A stretch of DNA of 64,000 nt from Polyangiaceae bacterium. Lineage in GTDB: Bacteria > Myxococcota_A > Polyangia > Polyangiales > Polyangiaceae. The notes beneath the pieces were generated by a model. The model searched no databases. It was not told where the DNA came from and saw only the letters and a list, made by a program, of their open reading frames with translations. The translations under genes and the position numbers were made by a program. The number at the start of each line of letters is the position of its first letter. The first letter of the stretch is position 1. The stretch is from positions 154,501-218,500 of the forward strand of contig JBILLK010000017.1 in assembly GCA_044376115.1 (NCBI GenBank), written 5' to 3'. Below, piece by piece: positions 50,567 through 59,177 of this stretch.

Positions 50567-51574
50567 TCAGCCCAACGCCGAGGCGAAGACCGGCCCATCG
50601 GCGAGCAGGCCGGGCAGCCCGCCGGTGTGAAGAAACAGCACCCTCTTACTGGCGAGCTCACCGCGCGCAGCCATATCGAGCAGGCCGAGGAAGGCCTTCC
50701 CGGTGTAGACCGGATCGAGCAAAAGGCCCGAGGCGCGCGCAACAGCGACGATGCGCTCTTGTTGCTCTGGGCTCGCCACCGCGTAAGCAGGCCCCTTCGC
50801 CGAATCATCGATCACGACGGGCAGCGTTTGATCGAAGCCGAAGACCGTCTTCAGCTCAGCCACCAAGGGGCCAACCACGTTGAGGAAGTACTCGTTGTTG
50901 TCGCACACAGCCATCGCTCGGGCCGCGCGCGCGACGCCGTAGGTGGCTGCACCCACCACCACGCCGGCCGCGGTTCCGCCCGAGCCGCAGGCGTGCACCA
51001 CCAAGTCGAACGGCTCCCCGCCAGCAAGGCCAACCTCGAGCTGCCGCTGGATCTCTTTCATCGCCCGCACATAGCCAAGCGAGCCCAGCGCGTTGGAGCC
51101 GCCTTCCGGAATCACATACGGCACGCCGCCTTGCGCCGTCACTTCACGGGCGACCTCGGCCATCACCTCGTTGCGTGTGCGGTATTGCTCCGGCGAAATC
51201 AGCCGGATGTCCGCGCCCACCAAGCGACCGAGCAACAAGTTACCAACCGGCGCAAAGCTGCTGAGCGGTTGGTCCGAATCTTTGGTGCGCAGCAGCAGCA
51301 CCGAGTTGAGACCCAACTGACGCGCACAGATCGCCGTGGCGCGTGCGTGATTCGACTGCAGGCCGCCGCAGGTGATCACCGTGGTGGCTTTGCGCGCCAC
51401 CGCGTCCGCCAGCAGGTACTCGAGCTTGCGCACCTTGTTGCCGGCGGTGGCTCCGCCAGTCATGTCGTCATGCTTTACGAACAGCCGCGCGCCGCCCAAC
51501 CAGCGCTCGAGACCGCGCGGTTCCAAGAGCGGCGTAGGCGTGTGGGCCAAGCGAAGTCGCGACGGCGTTTTCAT
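50567..51574 (-). CDS. D-cysteine desulfhydrase / ACC deaminase family PLP enzyme
   Basis: GNKVRKLEY, GGLQSNH, GSGGT, DPVYTGKA, HTGG. Confidence 0.92.
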   Translation of the reverse strand: MKTPSRLRLAHTPTPLLEPRGLERWLGGARLFVKHDDMTGGATAGNKVRKLEYLLADAVARKATTVITCGGLQSNHARATAICARQLGLNSVLLLRTKDSDQPLSSFAPVGNLLLGRLVGADIRLISPEQYRTRNEVMAEVAREVTAQGGVPYVIPEGGSNALGSLGYVRAMKEIQRQLEVGLAGGEPFDLVVHACGSGGTAAGVVVGAATYGVARAARAMAVCDNNEYFLNVVGPLVAELKTVFGFDQTLPVVIDDSAKGPAYAVASPEQQERIVAVARASGLLLDPVYTGKAFLGLLDMAARGELASKRVLFLHTGGLPGLLADGPVFASALG

Positions 51575-52092
51575 GCGATCTCGACCAGAGCGGCGCCGCT
51601 CTCCACGGTTGCGCCAGGGCTCACGTGCACCGTCTTCACCGTACCGGCACGAGCCGCAACCAGCTCATTTTCCATCTTCATTGCTTCTACGACGACGCAG
51701 GCTGCACCCTCTGCAACCTCGTCCCCGACCTTGACCAGCACGCGCACCACGCGGCCCGGCATCGGCGATTGAATCAGCCCGTCGCCCGCGCCCGCAGCTC
51801 CGCGGCCGGCGGCGCGAATACGCATGCGCTCACTCTCGACCGTGGCGAAGAAGCGTTGCCCATCGGCGATCACGCCAACTTTGGGCGGCGTGCCTTCGAG
51901 CCACAACTCGATGGTGTGGTTGTCCACCGTGACGGTGCTGGCTCCGCGCCCGGACTTCACCCCGCCTGGGCTCTGCGAGATATCCGCCGCCAGCTCAACG
52001 CCATTCACTGTGACCTTCGGGGGGCCGCCGGGTGCTTCATCGATGGTGACGACATGCTCGGTGCCCGACGGGAGAGTTACGAAATACTTCAT
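51571..52092 (-). CDS. Biotin carboxyl carrier (biotin/lipoyl attachment) protein
   Basis: SPMPGRV...EAMKMENE; ATG 52092 lies 1 bp after the upstream stop. Confidence 0.92.
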   Translation of the reverse strand: MKYFVTLPSGTEHVVTIDEAPGGPPKVTVNGVELAADISQSPGGVKSGRGASTVTVDNHTIELWLEGTPPKVGVIADGQRFFATVESERMRIRAAGRGAAGAGDGLIQSPMPGRVVRVLVKVGDEVAEGAACVVVEAMKMENELVAARAGTVKTVHVSPGATVESGAALVEIA

Positions 52093-52093
52093 G

Positions 52094-53941
52094 TCAAAAC
52101 TGCAGCCCCAACTTGGTATTCGCGAACAGTTGCTCGGGATAATCCCGGCCTTGCGCATCATCAAACGCGTGCCCCGGAAAGAGCACGCCGCCCTCGAAGC
52201 CGAGCTCGAGCGAGACCGTCTCCAGCACCGGCACACGAACATCCACCCCGCTATCGATCTCAACGCCGAGATCGCGCGCCGTGGGATCTCCACCGTCGTA
52301 GTTGGCGTAGTTGCCGAGCGCACCGACTTGATACGGATCCACGACGTCAGCCGCCGCTTGGGCCCACAAGAAGCCGAGCTTTACGTCCACCTGCCGAACC
52401 GGGCGCATGAGGATGCGCGGGTTTAGGTACGTCGCTCCAAAAACGCCACCGTTCGACGGAAGGAACTGCACGCCCGGAGCGGCGCGCGCAACCAACCGTG
52501 TGTCTTGCGCGTTGGTCGCCGAACGCGCCGTCTTCCAGCCCAACACCTGCTCGAACAGCACCAGCCCGACGTTGTGGTTGGTGTCGAAGGTGAAGCGGCT
52601 CTGCACTCCGTCGATCGGGTCCGCGTCGCCGCTGGCGTAGCCCCACTCGAGCTCGGTCACGATGTCTCCCCAACGCTCTTTCTCGTTCGAGCGCATGTGA
52701 ACGAAGCCCAAAGTGGCGCTGGCGCCAAAGCTCGTCACGCGCTCATCCGGCACTTCTGCGGTGGGCTCCGCGAGGTTTGCGACCGTACCGCGCGCATAGT
52801 TGGTGCGGCCGAAGATCAGCGCCGCTTCACCTTCGGCGTAGGCATAGCCGTCGGTGCCCGGAATACGCCCACGCAGCTTTCCTGCGACGTCCACCACCCC
52901 GACGTCGAGGTCCTCATCGTACGCAGTAACGCCGCTTTGCAGCTCACGTTGTTGATGGCGGTACACACCGTACAGCCCAATCTCGGCCCAATCTTCTCGC
53001 CAACCGACCGCTGCCACCGCCTGCGCGGCAAGGTCTCCCGTCGGCAACTCCGGCGAGTTACCGAAGATGTCCGCCGTGTTGTCCTCGAACACAACGTCAC
53101 CAGCTACTGCAACGAACAGCGGCGTCCCCTGCCCCATCGGCGTGGTCAGGAACAGCAGCCGCTCATTGAGCGCGCCGCGCAACGTGTCACCGAAGAAGCT
53201 CGCCGTATCCCCGTTGTTGGCGAGCAACCCCTGCCCCCAATGGCTGGTCTGCTGACCCACGCGGAAGACACCAATCGGCGAGCGGAACTCCACGTAAAGC
53301 TCGCGCGGATGCACGTCGTACCAGTTGAGCTCATTCAGCGGATCCCGCGCTGCGTCGACGAACTGCGTGGTTTGGCCTGCAACCATGCCGCGCGGAATAT
53401 CGATCTGCGCCACACCGATGATGTCGTCCTTAAATGCGATGCGGCCGTTGAGACGCAGCCAATGGTAGAGGTGGACGTTCTGCCCCAAGAGCGCCGGGTC
53501 TCGCTCAGCCGCACCGGCGGCCGGCGGCAACGCTCCCTGCTCTGGCGCGACCAACGGCAGATCCGTCTGACCGCGCAGACGCATTTGGTACTCGCCGTGA
53601 AGGCTGAAAACCAGGAAGTCCTGGTCGATCGGAACAGCGCTGATGCGCGCAGTTTCTCGCGCATAACGGGCCAAAAAGCCGTCCGCGGCCGGGCGCTCGA
53701 CGCGCTTGGGCAGGTCCTCGTCGATGAAGGTCAACATTGCCCCGTCCCGCGGACCGTCCCCAATGGGACCCGGAGGTTCGGCCGGTTTCACCCCCGATTT
53801 CGCGGCGATCACCGCCTCCTCCGAGGCCGGAACGACCTCCGAGGCCGGCGCCGCGCGATCGGCGGGCTGCGCGAACACGGCCTCGGCGGCGGTAAGAGCC
53901 CCAATGAAGGGCAAAAGGCTGAACGCGAGGCAAGGCCGCAT
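52094..53941 (-). CDS. Outer-membrane beta-barrel protein (myxobacterial porin-like)
   Basis: Signal peptide ending VFA, RVGQQTSHWGQGLLANNG, EWGYASGD, C-terminal Phe. Confidence 0.8.
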   Translation of the reverse strand: MRPCLAFSLLPFIGALTAAEAVFAQPADRAAPASEVVPASEEAVIAAKSGVKPAEPPGPIGDGPRDGAMLTFIDEDLPKRVERPAADGFLARYARETARISAVPIDQDFLVFSLHGEYQMRLRGQTDLPLVAPEQGALPPAAGAAERDPALLGQNVHLYHWLRLNGRIAFKDDIIGVAQIDIPRGMVAGQTTQFVDAARDPLNELNWYDVHPRELYVEFRSPIGVFRVGQQTSHWGQGLLANNGDTASFFGDTLRGALNERLLFLTTPMGQGTPLFVAVAGDVVFEDNTADIFGNSPELPTGDLAAQAVAAVGWREDWAEIGLYGVYRHQQRELQSGVTAYDEDLDVGVVDVAGKLRGRIPGTDGYAYAEGEAALIFGRTNYARGTVANLAEPTAEVPDERVTSFGASATLGFVHMRSNEKERWGDIVTELEWGYASGDADPIDGVQSRFTFDTNHNVGLVLFEQVLGWKTARSATNAQDTRLVARAAPGVQFLPSNGGVFGATYLNPRILMRPVRQVDVKLGFLWAQAAADVVDPYQVGALGNYANYDGGDPTARDLGVEIDSGVDVRVPVLETVSLELGFEGGVLFPGHAFDDAQGRDYPEQLFANTKLGLQF

Positions 53942-54002
53942 GGGCCGCGGAGCATAGTAGACGTTCGGCCCGGCGAGAAAGCCCCTTGGTCCAAGCGGGG
54001 AT

Positions 54003-54203
54003 TGGGGGACGTAACTGCCCGTACCCATTTCCGCTTCGCAACCGAATCGAGACGCAAGCTCGACGGCTTTCCGGTGTGGAGCTTGAGCTCGGTTGGATTG
54101 ACTGCACTACCGAGGTCCGGGCGTCGGCCTCTTCGACCCGAACGACCCCTATCTCAGCTGGGAAGGCGCTTGATTAGAATGTGCGCGTGACCACTCACCC
54201 CCA
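54003..54203 (-). ncRNA. Candidate ~200-nt structured RNA (unassigned: 6S-like, leader or sRNA)
   Basis: Ends pair (TGGGGG/CCCCCA); long irregular basal stem; three internal hairpins; G-U pairs favour the minus strand. Confidence 0.45.
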
Positions 54204-54263
54204 GAACCGATTGAGCAGTAACCGCGAGCGGAACTTCGCATCTACGACGAAGCGGGTGCTGCA

Positions 54264-54326
54264 GTTGTCAGGTTATTGAACTCTCGCGGAGTTGAATATC
54301 TAGTGGTCGGTGGACTCGTTCCATGA
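54264..54326 (+). pseudogene. Possible remnant of a nucleotidyltransferase (DUF6036-like) N-terminus
   Basis: Reads VVRLLNSRGVEYLVVGG then stops; resembles the L...GVEYLVVGG start of such proteins; very short. Confidence 0.3.
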
Positions 54327-54503
54327 GTGAGACAGTGCAAGGGACTCCCAATAGTGCTCTATCAGGTCGAGCAGGCCAGCCTCCCGGCGTCGGAGCGCGT
54401 GAAACAACGCCGAGCTGGTCGTAGAAGCCGATCAGAGATTCGCAGGAGCGGGTTCGCACGAATCGCTACGACGCGATTCTAGCAACGCCAGCTCCCAACT
54501 ACC

Positions 54504-55274
54504 TCAAATCCCTTCCGGACCAATACACAGGCTGAACGGCGCGTGGCACTCCTGGCATGCGGCGTCCCAGCACGGGTCGGTGCTGAACTGGACGCAGACC
54601 AGATCCTCTGCGGGACAGCCCGTTAGCGAGCAGTCGACGTTTGGGCGGCAGCCTGCGCTAATCGGCTCAAGCTGCTGGTCGCACCCGGGCTCGAGCCAGA
54701 TGCATGCAGCGTCCGCAGCGCAGCTCGTTGGGTCAGCGTGAAGCTGACACGAGGGGCACTCGACCTCCGGCACCACCCAGTTGGGCGATGCCGCCGGATC
54801 ACACGTCGCGCTCTTCGGGATCACGAATAGCCCACAGTCGTTATCGTAACTGCATGACCGTGGCTCGGCTCCGCAGGCCTGATTGGCAAACGGGAGGTCC
54901 AAGGGGCACGGCGGCTCCGCGCCGCACGTGACCCCCCAGCCGCCAGCTTCACATAACGCGAACACCGGGGCCGTGTCGTCGCCGCAGATAGTCACATCCG
55001 TGCCGTAGGCGCACACGTAGCCCACGACCGTGCACGCTTCGCCGGCGCCGGGAGGTTGCTGCGGACACACTTCGCCTACACAGCCGATGTCGTTCTGCAC
55101 CCACTCGCCATTCACACAGTCCGACGACTCTGGACAACCGGTGTCCGGTGGAGCCTCGAGGCATTCGCCCTGACCGCCTGTGCCACCACCGCCATCGGGC
55201 GCACCGTCGTCAGAACAGGCAGTCGCGAGCAGCAGTAATAGCGCAATGAGAGAGAGGTAGCCGGGAGGGGACAT
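54504..55274 (-). CDS. Cys-rich lipoprotein
   Basis: LATAC lipobox; repeated CP..PP..G..C......C.Y...C modules. Confidence 0.8.
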   Translation of the reverse strand: MSPPGYLSLIALLLLLATACSDDGAPDGGGGTGGQGECLEAPPDTGCPESSDCVNGEWVQNDIGCVGEVCPQQPPGAGEACTVVGYVCAYGTDVTICGDDTAPVFALCEAGGWGVTCGAEPPCPLDLPFANQACGAEPRSCSYDNDCGLFVIPKSATCDPAASPNWVVPEVECPSCQLHADPTSCAADAACIWLEPGCDQQLEPISAGCRPNVDCSLTGCPAEDLVCVQFSTDPCWDAACQECHAPFSLCIGPEGI

Positions 55275-55414
55275 GCTTGCAGAATACATACTTCGCGCAG
55301 CGAACCGGATTGAACGGTCGGGCTTCAACGCCTCGAACGCTCAAAAGCTCCCCTCGCTCGCGCCTCTGGCGCCTACCGCTAAACACCAGTACCTTCGGAC
55401 TCGGAGGGCTTCAC

Positions 55415-55690
55415 GTGTGGTGGCGGCAATTCCCGGTGATCGAGTCGCGACGCTGCGTGCCTCAAGCTTCGACCGATCGCCCCGACCCAGGGTTTCCGAA
55501 CGGTACGATGGTTCGGCTAATCGCCCGCCCGCAGAAGGTTCGCCGGGTGCTGCACTCTGAGTGGCATTGGCACCGTCAGCAGTTTGTGTTCGTGGTCGAG
55601 ACCTCCGCCCGGTATTTCGAGCCATACTGGTTCGCGGGCCAGCTCGCCGTCGCGGACAATAGCGACGAACCGAGCGCTGCCGCGGGCTGA
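55415..55690 (+). CDS. Small hypothetical protein (SH3-like beta-rich)
   Basis: GTG 55415 preceded by GGAGGG; FPNGTMVRL...RRVL...FVFVVE...YWF. Confidence 0.5.
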   Translation: MWWRQFPVIESRRCVPQASTDRPDPGFPNGTMVRLIARPQKVRRVLHSEWHWHRQQFVFVVETSARYFEPYWFAGQLAVADNSDEPSAAAG

Positions 55691-55781
55691 AGGATGCCCC
55701 GCTCTCAATACGTTAAGCAGACGGCATCCAGTGATTCGTTTACTACGTTATTGAAGCCGATGAGTTAGGGTTGGTGGCGCG

Positions 55782-57356
55782 ATGACGCTAGTATCCAATG
55801 AGCCCCTGGAGATCATCCAACAAGTGCGCGCAGCGGAACACACGAAGCGCGCGTCGGCCGGCGACTTCGTCGCGCCGTTGGAGAAAGCGCCGCGACACGT
55901 GGAGATCCCTCCGCCTGGCGTCGTTCACCCAACGCTCCTGCCGTTAATCGCAGAGGCCATTGGCCGCACCCCGTCGGAGGTACGCGCGACGCTCGAGGAG
56001 GACGGCGTCGGGCCCCTGGCGACGGCGTTGGCCAAGGTGAAGAGCGCGGAGCTGCGCAGGCTGGGCATCGCGCCCACGGAGCTTCTGCTGCGCCGCCTAC
56101 CAATTCCCCTCGGCAGCGCTCGCCCCAACGTCACACCGGCTGGCTCCGGGCCCGTACTGTCGCCGCTCAACGCGATGCTCGAGATGTTCGACCGCGAGTG
56201 CCGCTCACAAGCGCAGCTCATCAAGCTTCGCGCGCCCGACGTCATCGTGCAGCACCGCACGCAGAGCTTACAGCGGCGCTTCGAGGCGATCCTTTCGCTG
56301 CTCGATGGTCGGGGCCTGCCATTCGAAGCCGAGCACGAGGCCGCTACCAACCCGCCGATACCGCCGGAGCTGATCATCCAGCCGCCCAGCGTCGGCGGGT
56401 GGTTCGCTGAGCCCGCACGGCCCTTCTCCGTGCTGCTCGAGCGCGATACAGCCATTGTGAGGTACTACTCGGCGATCGCGCGTATCGACCTCGTCAACGG
56501 TGATTTCTCCACGCACGCTGTCGGAGAGGCAAGGCTGGTGCGCCTCCTCTATGGGAAGGCGTTGCTCGCGCGCGGCTCGCGGCTGGTGGTGTTCGACGCC
56601 CGCCGTGACAGCTTCACGTTAGAAGCGCCCGAGCTCCCCGCGCGCTTGGTGCTCGACGCGTGCTGCGGCGTGAACATCCTCGACACACGCACGCGGCGGA
56701 TAGCGCTCATGCCCGGGCCGCTGGCGAGTTCCGGCTTCGACGTCACGCTCAGTGCGTGCGGTGAATACGGGTGGATCGAACTCGAGCCTCGCAAAGACGA
56801 CGTAGGGATCTTCTCGGCCTCACGCCTCGAGCGCGTCTTTCAGCCCTGGCCCCACCCGAAGCTCAAGCGACCTGCGGTGAAGCGGGCGAGCACAGAAGGC
56901 CACGATGGTACAGCCCGTGCGCTCGTCGCTCTGGAGGGTGGTGGTTTCCGCTTGTTGTATGGCCGGCACGTCCTCGACGGCCCGCACGCGTGGGAGCTGA
57001 ACGGCATGCCCATCGTCGGCGCCTTCGACGTGCGCGCGGACCGCCTGCTGACCCTCGACGAGACGGCGCTCACGCTGCACACCCTCGGCCCTTCGGGTAA
57101 ACCCACAATCGCGCGCCGGTGGTCCTGCGATGCGCTCAGCGCGCACCTCGCGCCGGAGCTGCCCTTAGCGCAATCCGGCGTCGACCCTGGGTCGCTCATG
57201 GCGAACGTCGGCACAACCGCTCGCCTAGTCGGCCTCAGCTCCGAACAACTGGCCTCGCTCCTGTACCTCGCGCCTCACCAGGCTCCACGCCTCGAGCCCG
57301 TACTGGAGGCCGCCCGGGCGCTGCAGCTCCCCTCCCGGCTCCGCGCGCTGAGCTGA
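55782..57356 (+). CDS. Protein with degenerate RNA polymerase beta' (RpoC) clamp-like N-domain fused to a beta-rich domain
   Basis: aa ~38-176: RHVEIPPPGVVH...GIAPTELLLRRLPIPLGSARP...SPLN...LIKLRAPDVIVQHRTQSLQRRFEAIL, collinear with RpoC GHIELASP..H...[21 protein letters not shown]...SDLN...[26 protein letters not shown]. Confidence 0.7.
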   Translation: MTLVSNEPLEIIQQVRAAEHTKRASAGDFVAPLEKAPRHVEIPPPGVVHPTLLPLIAEAIGRTPSEVRATLEEDGVGPLATALAKVKSAELRRLGIAPTELLLRRLPIPLGSARPNVTPAGSGPVLSPLNAMLEMFDRECRSQAQLIKLRAPDVIVQHRTQSLQRRFEAILSLLDGRGLPFEAEHEAATNPPIPPELIIQPPSVGGWFAEPARPFSVLLERDTAIVRYYSAIARIDLVNGDFSTHAVGEARLVRLLYGKALLARGSRLVVFDARRDSFTLEAPELPARLVLDACCGVNILDTRTRRIALMPGPLASSGFDVTLSACGEYGWIELEPRKDDVGIFSASRLERVFQPWPHPKLKRPAVKRASTEGHDGTARALVALEGGGFRLLYGRHVLDGPHAWELNGMPIVGAFDVRADRLLTLDETALTLHTLGPSGKPTIARRWSCDALSAHLAPELPLAQSGVDPGSLMANVGTTARLVGLSSEQLASLLYLAPHQAPRLEPVLEAARALQLPSRLRALS

Positions 57357-57418
57357 ATACAACGTTCATTAAGCTCGATTCGGTCAGCTCACGAGTTCTC
57401 GTACGTCTCTCGCGCGAC

Positions 57419-57721
57419 ATGGGCTGGGCCACACCACACATCGCACTACTTCGCGCCGGTGAAGCGGCAGTATTTCGACCATTGGGCCACTCGATGAGTC
57501 CCCGAATCAACTCGGGTCAGCTCTGTACAGTAGAACCAGTGCTGCCCGCGTCGCTCGCCGCTTTCGACATCGTTCTATGCGTCGTAAACGGGACGCAGCA
57601 TCTCCATATCGTCAAGGCCATCGACTCCGGCCGGTACCAGATTGGGAACAACCGCGGCGGCATCAACGGATGGATCTGCGCGAGTGCGATCTTCGGCCGC
57701 TTGACCGCTGTGCAGGACTAG
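57419..57721 (+). CDS. Peptidase S24/S26-like small protein
   Basis: GHSMSPRINSG Ser motif, DIVLC, HIVKA. Confidence 0.7.
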   Translation: MGWATPHIALLRAGEAAVFRPLGHSMSPRINSGQLCTVEPVLPASLAAFDIVLCVVNGTQHLHIVKAIDSGRYQIGNNRGGINGWICASAIFGRLTAVQD

Positions 57722-57734
57722 CGAGACCTTAGAG

Positions 57735-57748
57735 TACGTTAGGCAGAC
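57735..57748 (+). mobile_element. attC-core-like motif (TACGTTAGGCAGAC) immediately before a gene; near-copies at 55709-55722 and 61397-61408
   Basis: GTTRRRY core; motif ends 2 nt upstream of ATG 57751; no complete attC palindrome or intI seen. Confidence 0.4.
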
Positions 57749-57750
57749 GA

Positions 57751-58206
57751 ATGACTTCTGACTCACACTCTACGGTCTACACAGAGCTCTACTCTCCTCG
57801 GATCGCTGCGTTCATTGCGCAATACGGCGAGGTTCCCCCGCTCTGGGCCTACGCGCCCCGCATTCATCCAATGTCCATTCATTGGCGCATGGGCACTGGC
57901 GAGGACCACGTCTATCTATTCAACGCATGGGCAGTGGGGCTGACGTGGTCTATGGACGAGCGGGTCGCCTACTTACGCCGCTGGGACCCACCCTTTTCCT
58001 GGCTTGAGTCAGTCGCCTACTTCCTTTGGCCAGAGGACTTTTCGGACTCCGAGCTTGAGCCAACGAATGAGCACTTTGCGCGCATGCAAGAGCTCGGATT
58101 TGGGTCACGCCTGGACTGGGAACGTTGCTTTGACGTGAAGCCCGAAGACTATCCCCTCCCCGACGACGTAAGCTCGGCTTGGCTCGAGACCGAGCCGCGG
58201 ATGTAG
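57751..58206 (+). CDS. Hypothetical protein with PPxW...SIxWRMGxGE motif
   Basis: VPPLWAYAPRIHPMSIHWRMGTGEDH; Trp-rich. Confidence 0.7.
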   Translation: MTSDSHSTVYTELYSPRIAAFIAQYGEVPPLWAYAPRIHPMSIHWRMGTGEDHVYLFNAWAVGLTWSMDERVAYLRRWDPPFSWLESVAYFLWPEDFSDSELEPTNEHFARMQELGFGSRLDWERCFDVKPEDYPLPDDVSSAWLETEPRM

Positions 58207-58211
58207 TTCCT

Positions 58212-58763
58212 ATGCCGTACTTCCTCGATAGTCGACGCAAGTCAGCCGCCACACTCGCGCGAGCCTATCCGGGCGCGACAGTAATCGACGTAACGTCGCG
58301 CGGGGACGAGCCTTGGGTTCGATTCAGCCCGTTCTTTCCACATGGGGGAATTCCAGTCCCGATGTCGAATGAAACCGCGCAATCGGTCGAGGGGATTTGG
58401 CAGGGGTTGAAGGTCTTCGAGCAGGCTGATGTCGATACCAAGCGCTTCACCATCGCGTCAATGTCTGGTCTCAAGCGCACCAGCCGCAAGTTCGGCCCCG
58501 TCCGTGGTCATCGGGCAGGCGTAACCGGCCAGGTCCTTCTCCCTTACCTCGATGCGCGATTCGCTATCTACCTTCCCGCCTACAGGTTCGTGCTCGAGCA
58601 CCGCCTCGCAGGCGAGCTCCAACAGCTTCGTGAACTGGCGGCCCGAGGTTCTGTCGTCCTTCTCGACTACGAGACCAATGGCTGCGTCGACGACCTCTCC
58701 CGCCCGCTTTCCCACGCGAGCCTCGTTATCGCTTGGCTCACCGATTCTTGGCCGGTCCGATGA
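58212..58763 (+). CDS. DUF6939-like protein (NADAR-like fold inferred)
   Basis: IDVTS...FSPFFPHGGIPVP...SVEGIWQGLKVF...LLDYETN...PLSHASL. Confidence 0.75.
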   Translation: MPYFLDSRRKSAATLARAYPGATVIDVTSRGDEPWVRFSPFFPHGGIPVPMSNETAQSVEGIWQGLKVFEQADVDTKRFTIASMSGLKRTSRKFGPVRGHRAGVTGQVLLPYLDARFAIYLPAYRFVLEHRLAGELQQLRELAARGSVVLLDYETNGCVDDLSRPLSHASLVIAWLTDSWPVR

Positions 58764-59158
58764 GCCTGATAGCGAAAGTGCGAAGCTACGCTGCTGTGGC
58801 GTTTCGTTGGCAGCGCGGCCGCCAGGGCACCGGCTACGACAAGATGCTGCTTGCTACCGCGACGTGGCCGCTGCCCTTCGATAGCTACCTAATTCGGTAC
58901 CCAGAAGGGTCTGCCATTCCGCCCCACACCGACCCAGTCCAAGAGGGCAGACACTATAGACTCAACGTCGTTCTCAAGTCGCCCAAGTCAGGCGGCGAGT
59001 TCATCTGCGCGACGCCAATCTTCGCCACCAAGCGCATTAAGTTGTTCCGCCCTGACGCGTGCGAACACAGCGTGACTCGGGTCGTTGGCGGCAGCCGGTA
59101 CGTCTTCTCCTTGGGCTGGGTGCTCGGGCGAAGGCTGGCTGACGCGACCGCTTCCTAA
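58760..59158 (+). CDS. 2OG-Fe(II) oxygenase
   Basis: HTD...GGEF...EHSV...RYVFS (HxD..H..RxS-like); ATGA overlap. Confidence 0.85.
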   Translation: MSLIAKVRSYAAVAFRWQRGRQGTGYDKMLLATATWPLPFDSYLIRYPEGSAIPPHTDPVQEGRHYRLNVVLKSPKSGGEFICATPIFATKRIKLFRPDACEHSVTRVVGGSRYVFSLGWVLGRRLADATAS

Positions 59159-59177
59159 CGAAGACAGGGCCCATCAC

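Noticed and set aside
52093..52323. N-terminal extension of the BCCP ORF
   Set aside because: Lies inside the barrel gene in another frame; ATG 52092 fits translational coupling
50627..54190. Plus-strand ORFs of 381, 261 and 561 aa
   Set aside because: Antisense to well-supported desulfhydrase, BCCP and barrel genes
54003..54203. tmRNA, tRNA-Sec, SRP or RNase P identity for the structured element
   Set aside because: No T-arm GTTCRA before a CCA end, no SRP CAGG/GGAA/AGCA helix, no GAGGAAAGUCC
55782..57356. Calling this gene rpoC or an rpoC pseudogene
   Set aside because: Only ~140 aa resemble RpoC, catalytic and Zn motifs are absent, and the frame continues intact into unrelated sequence
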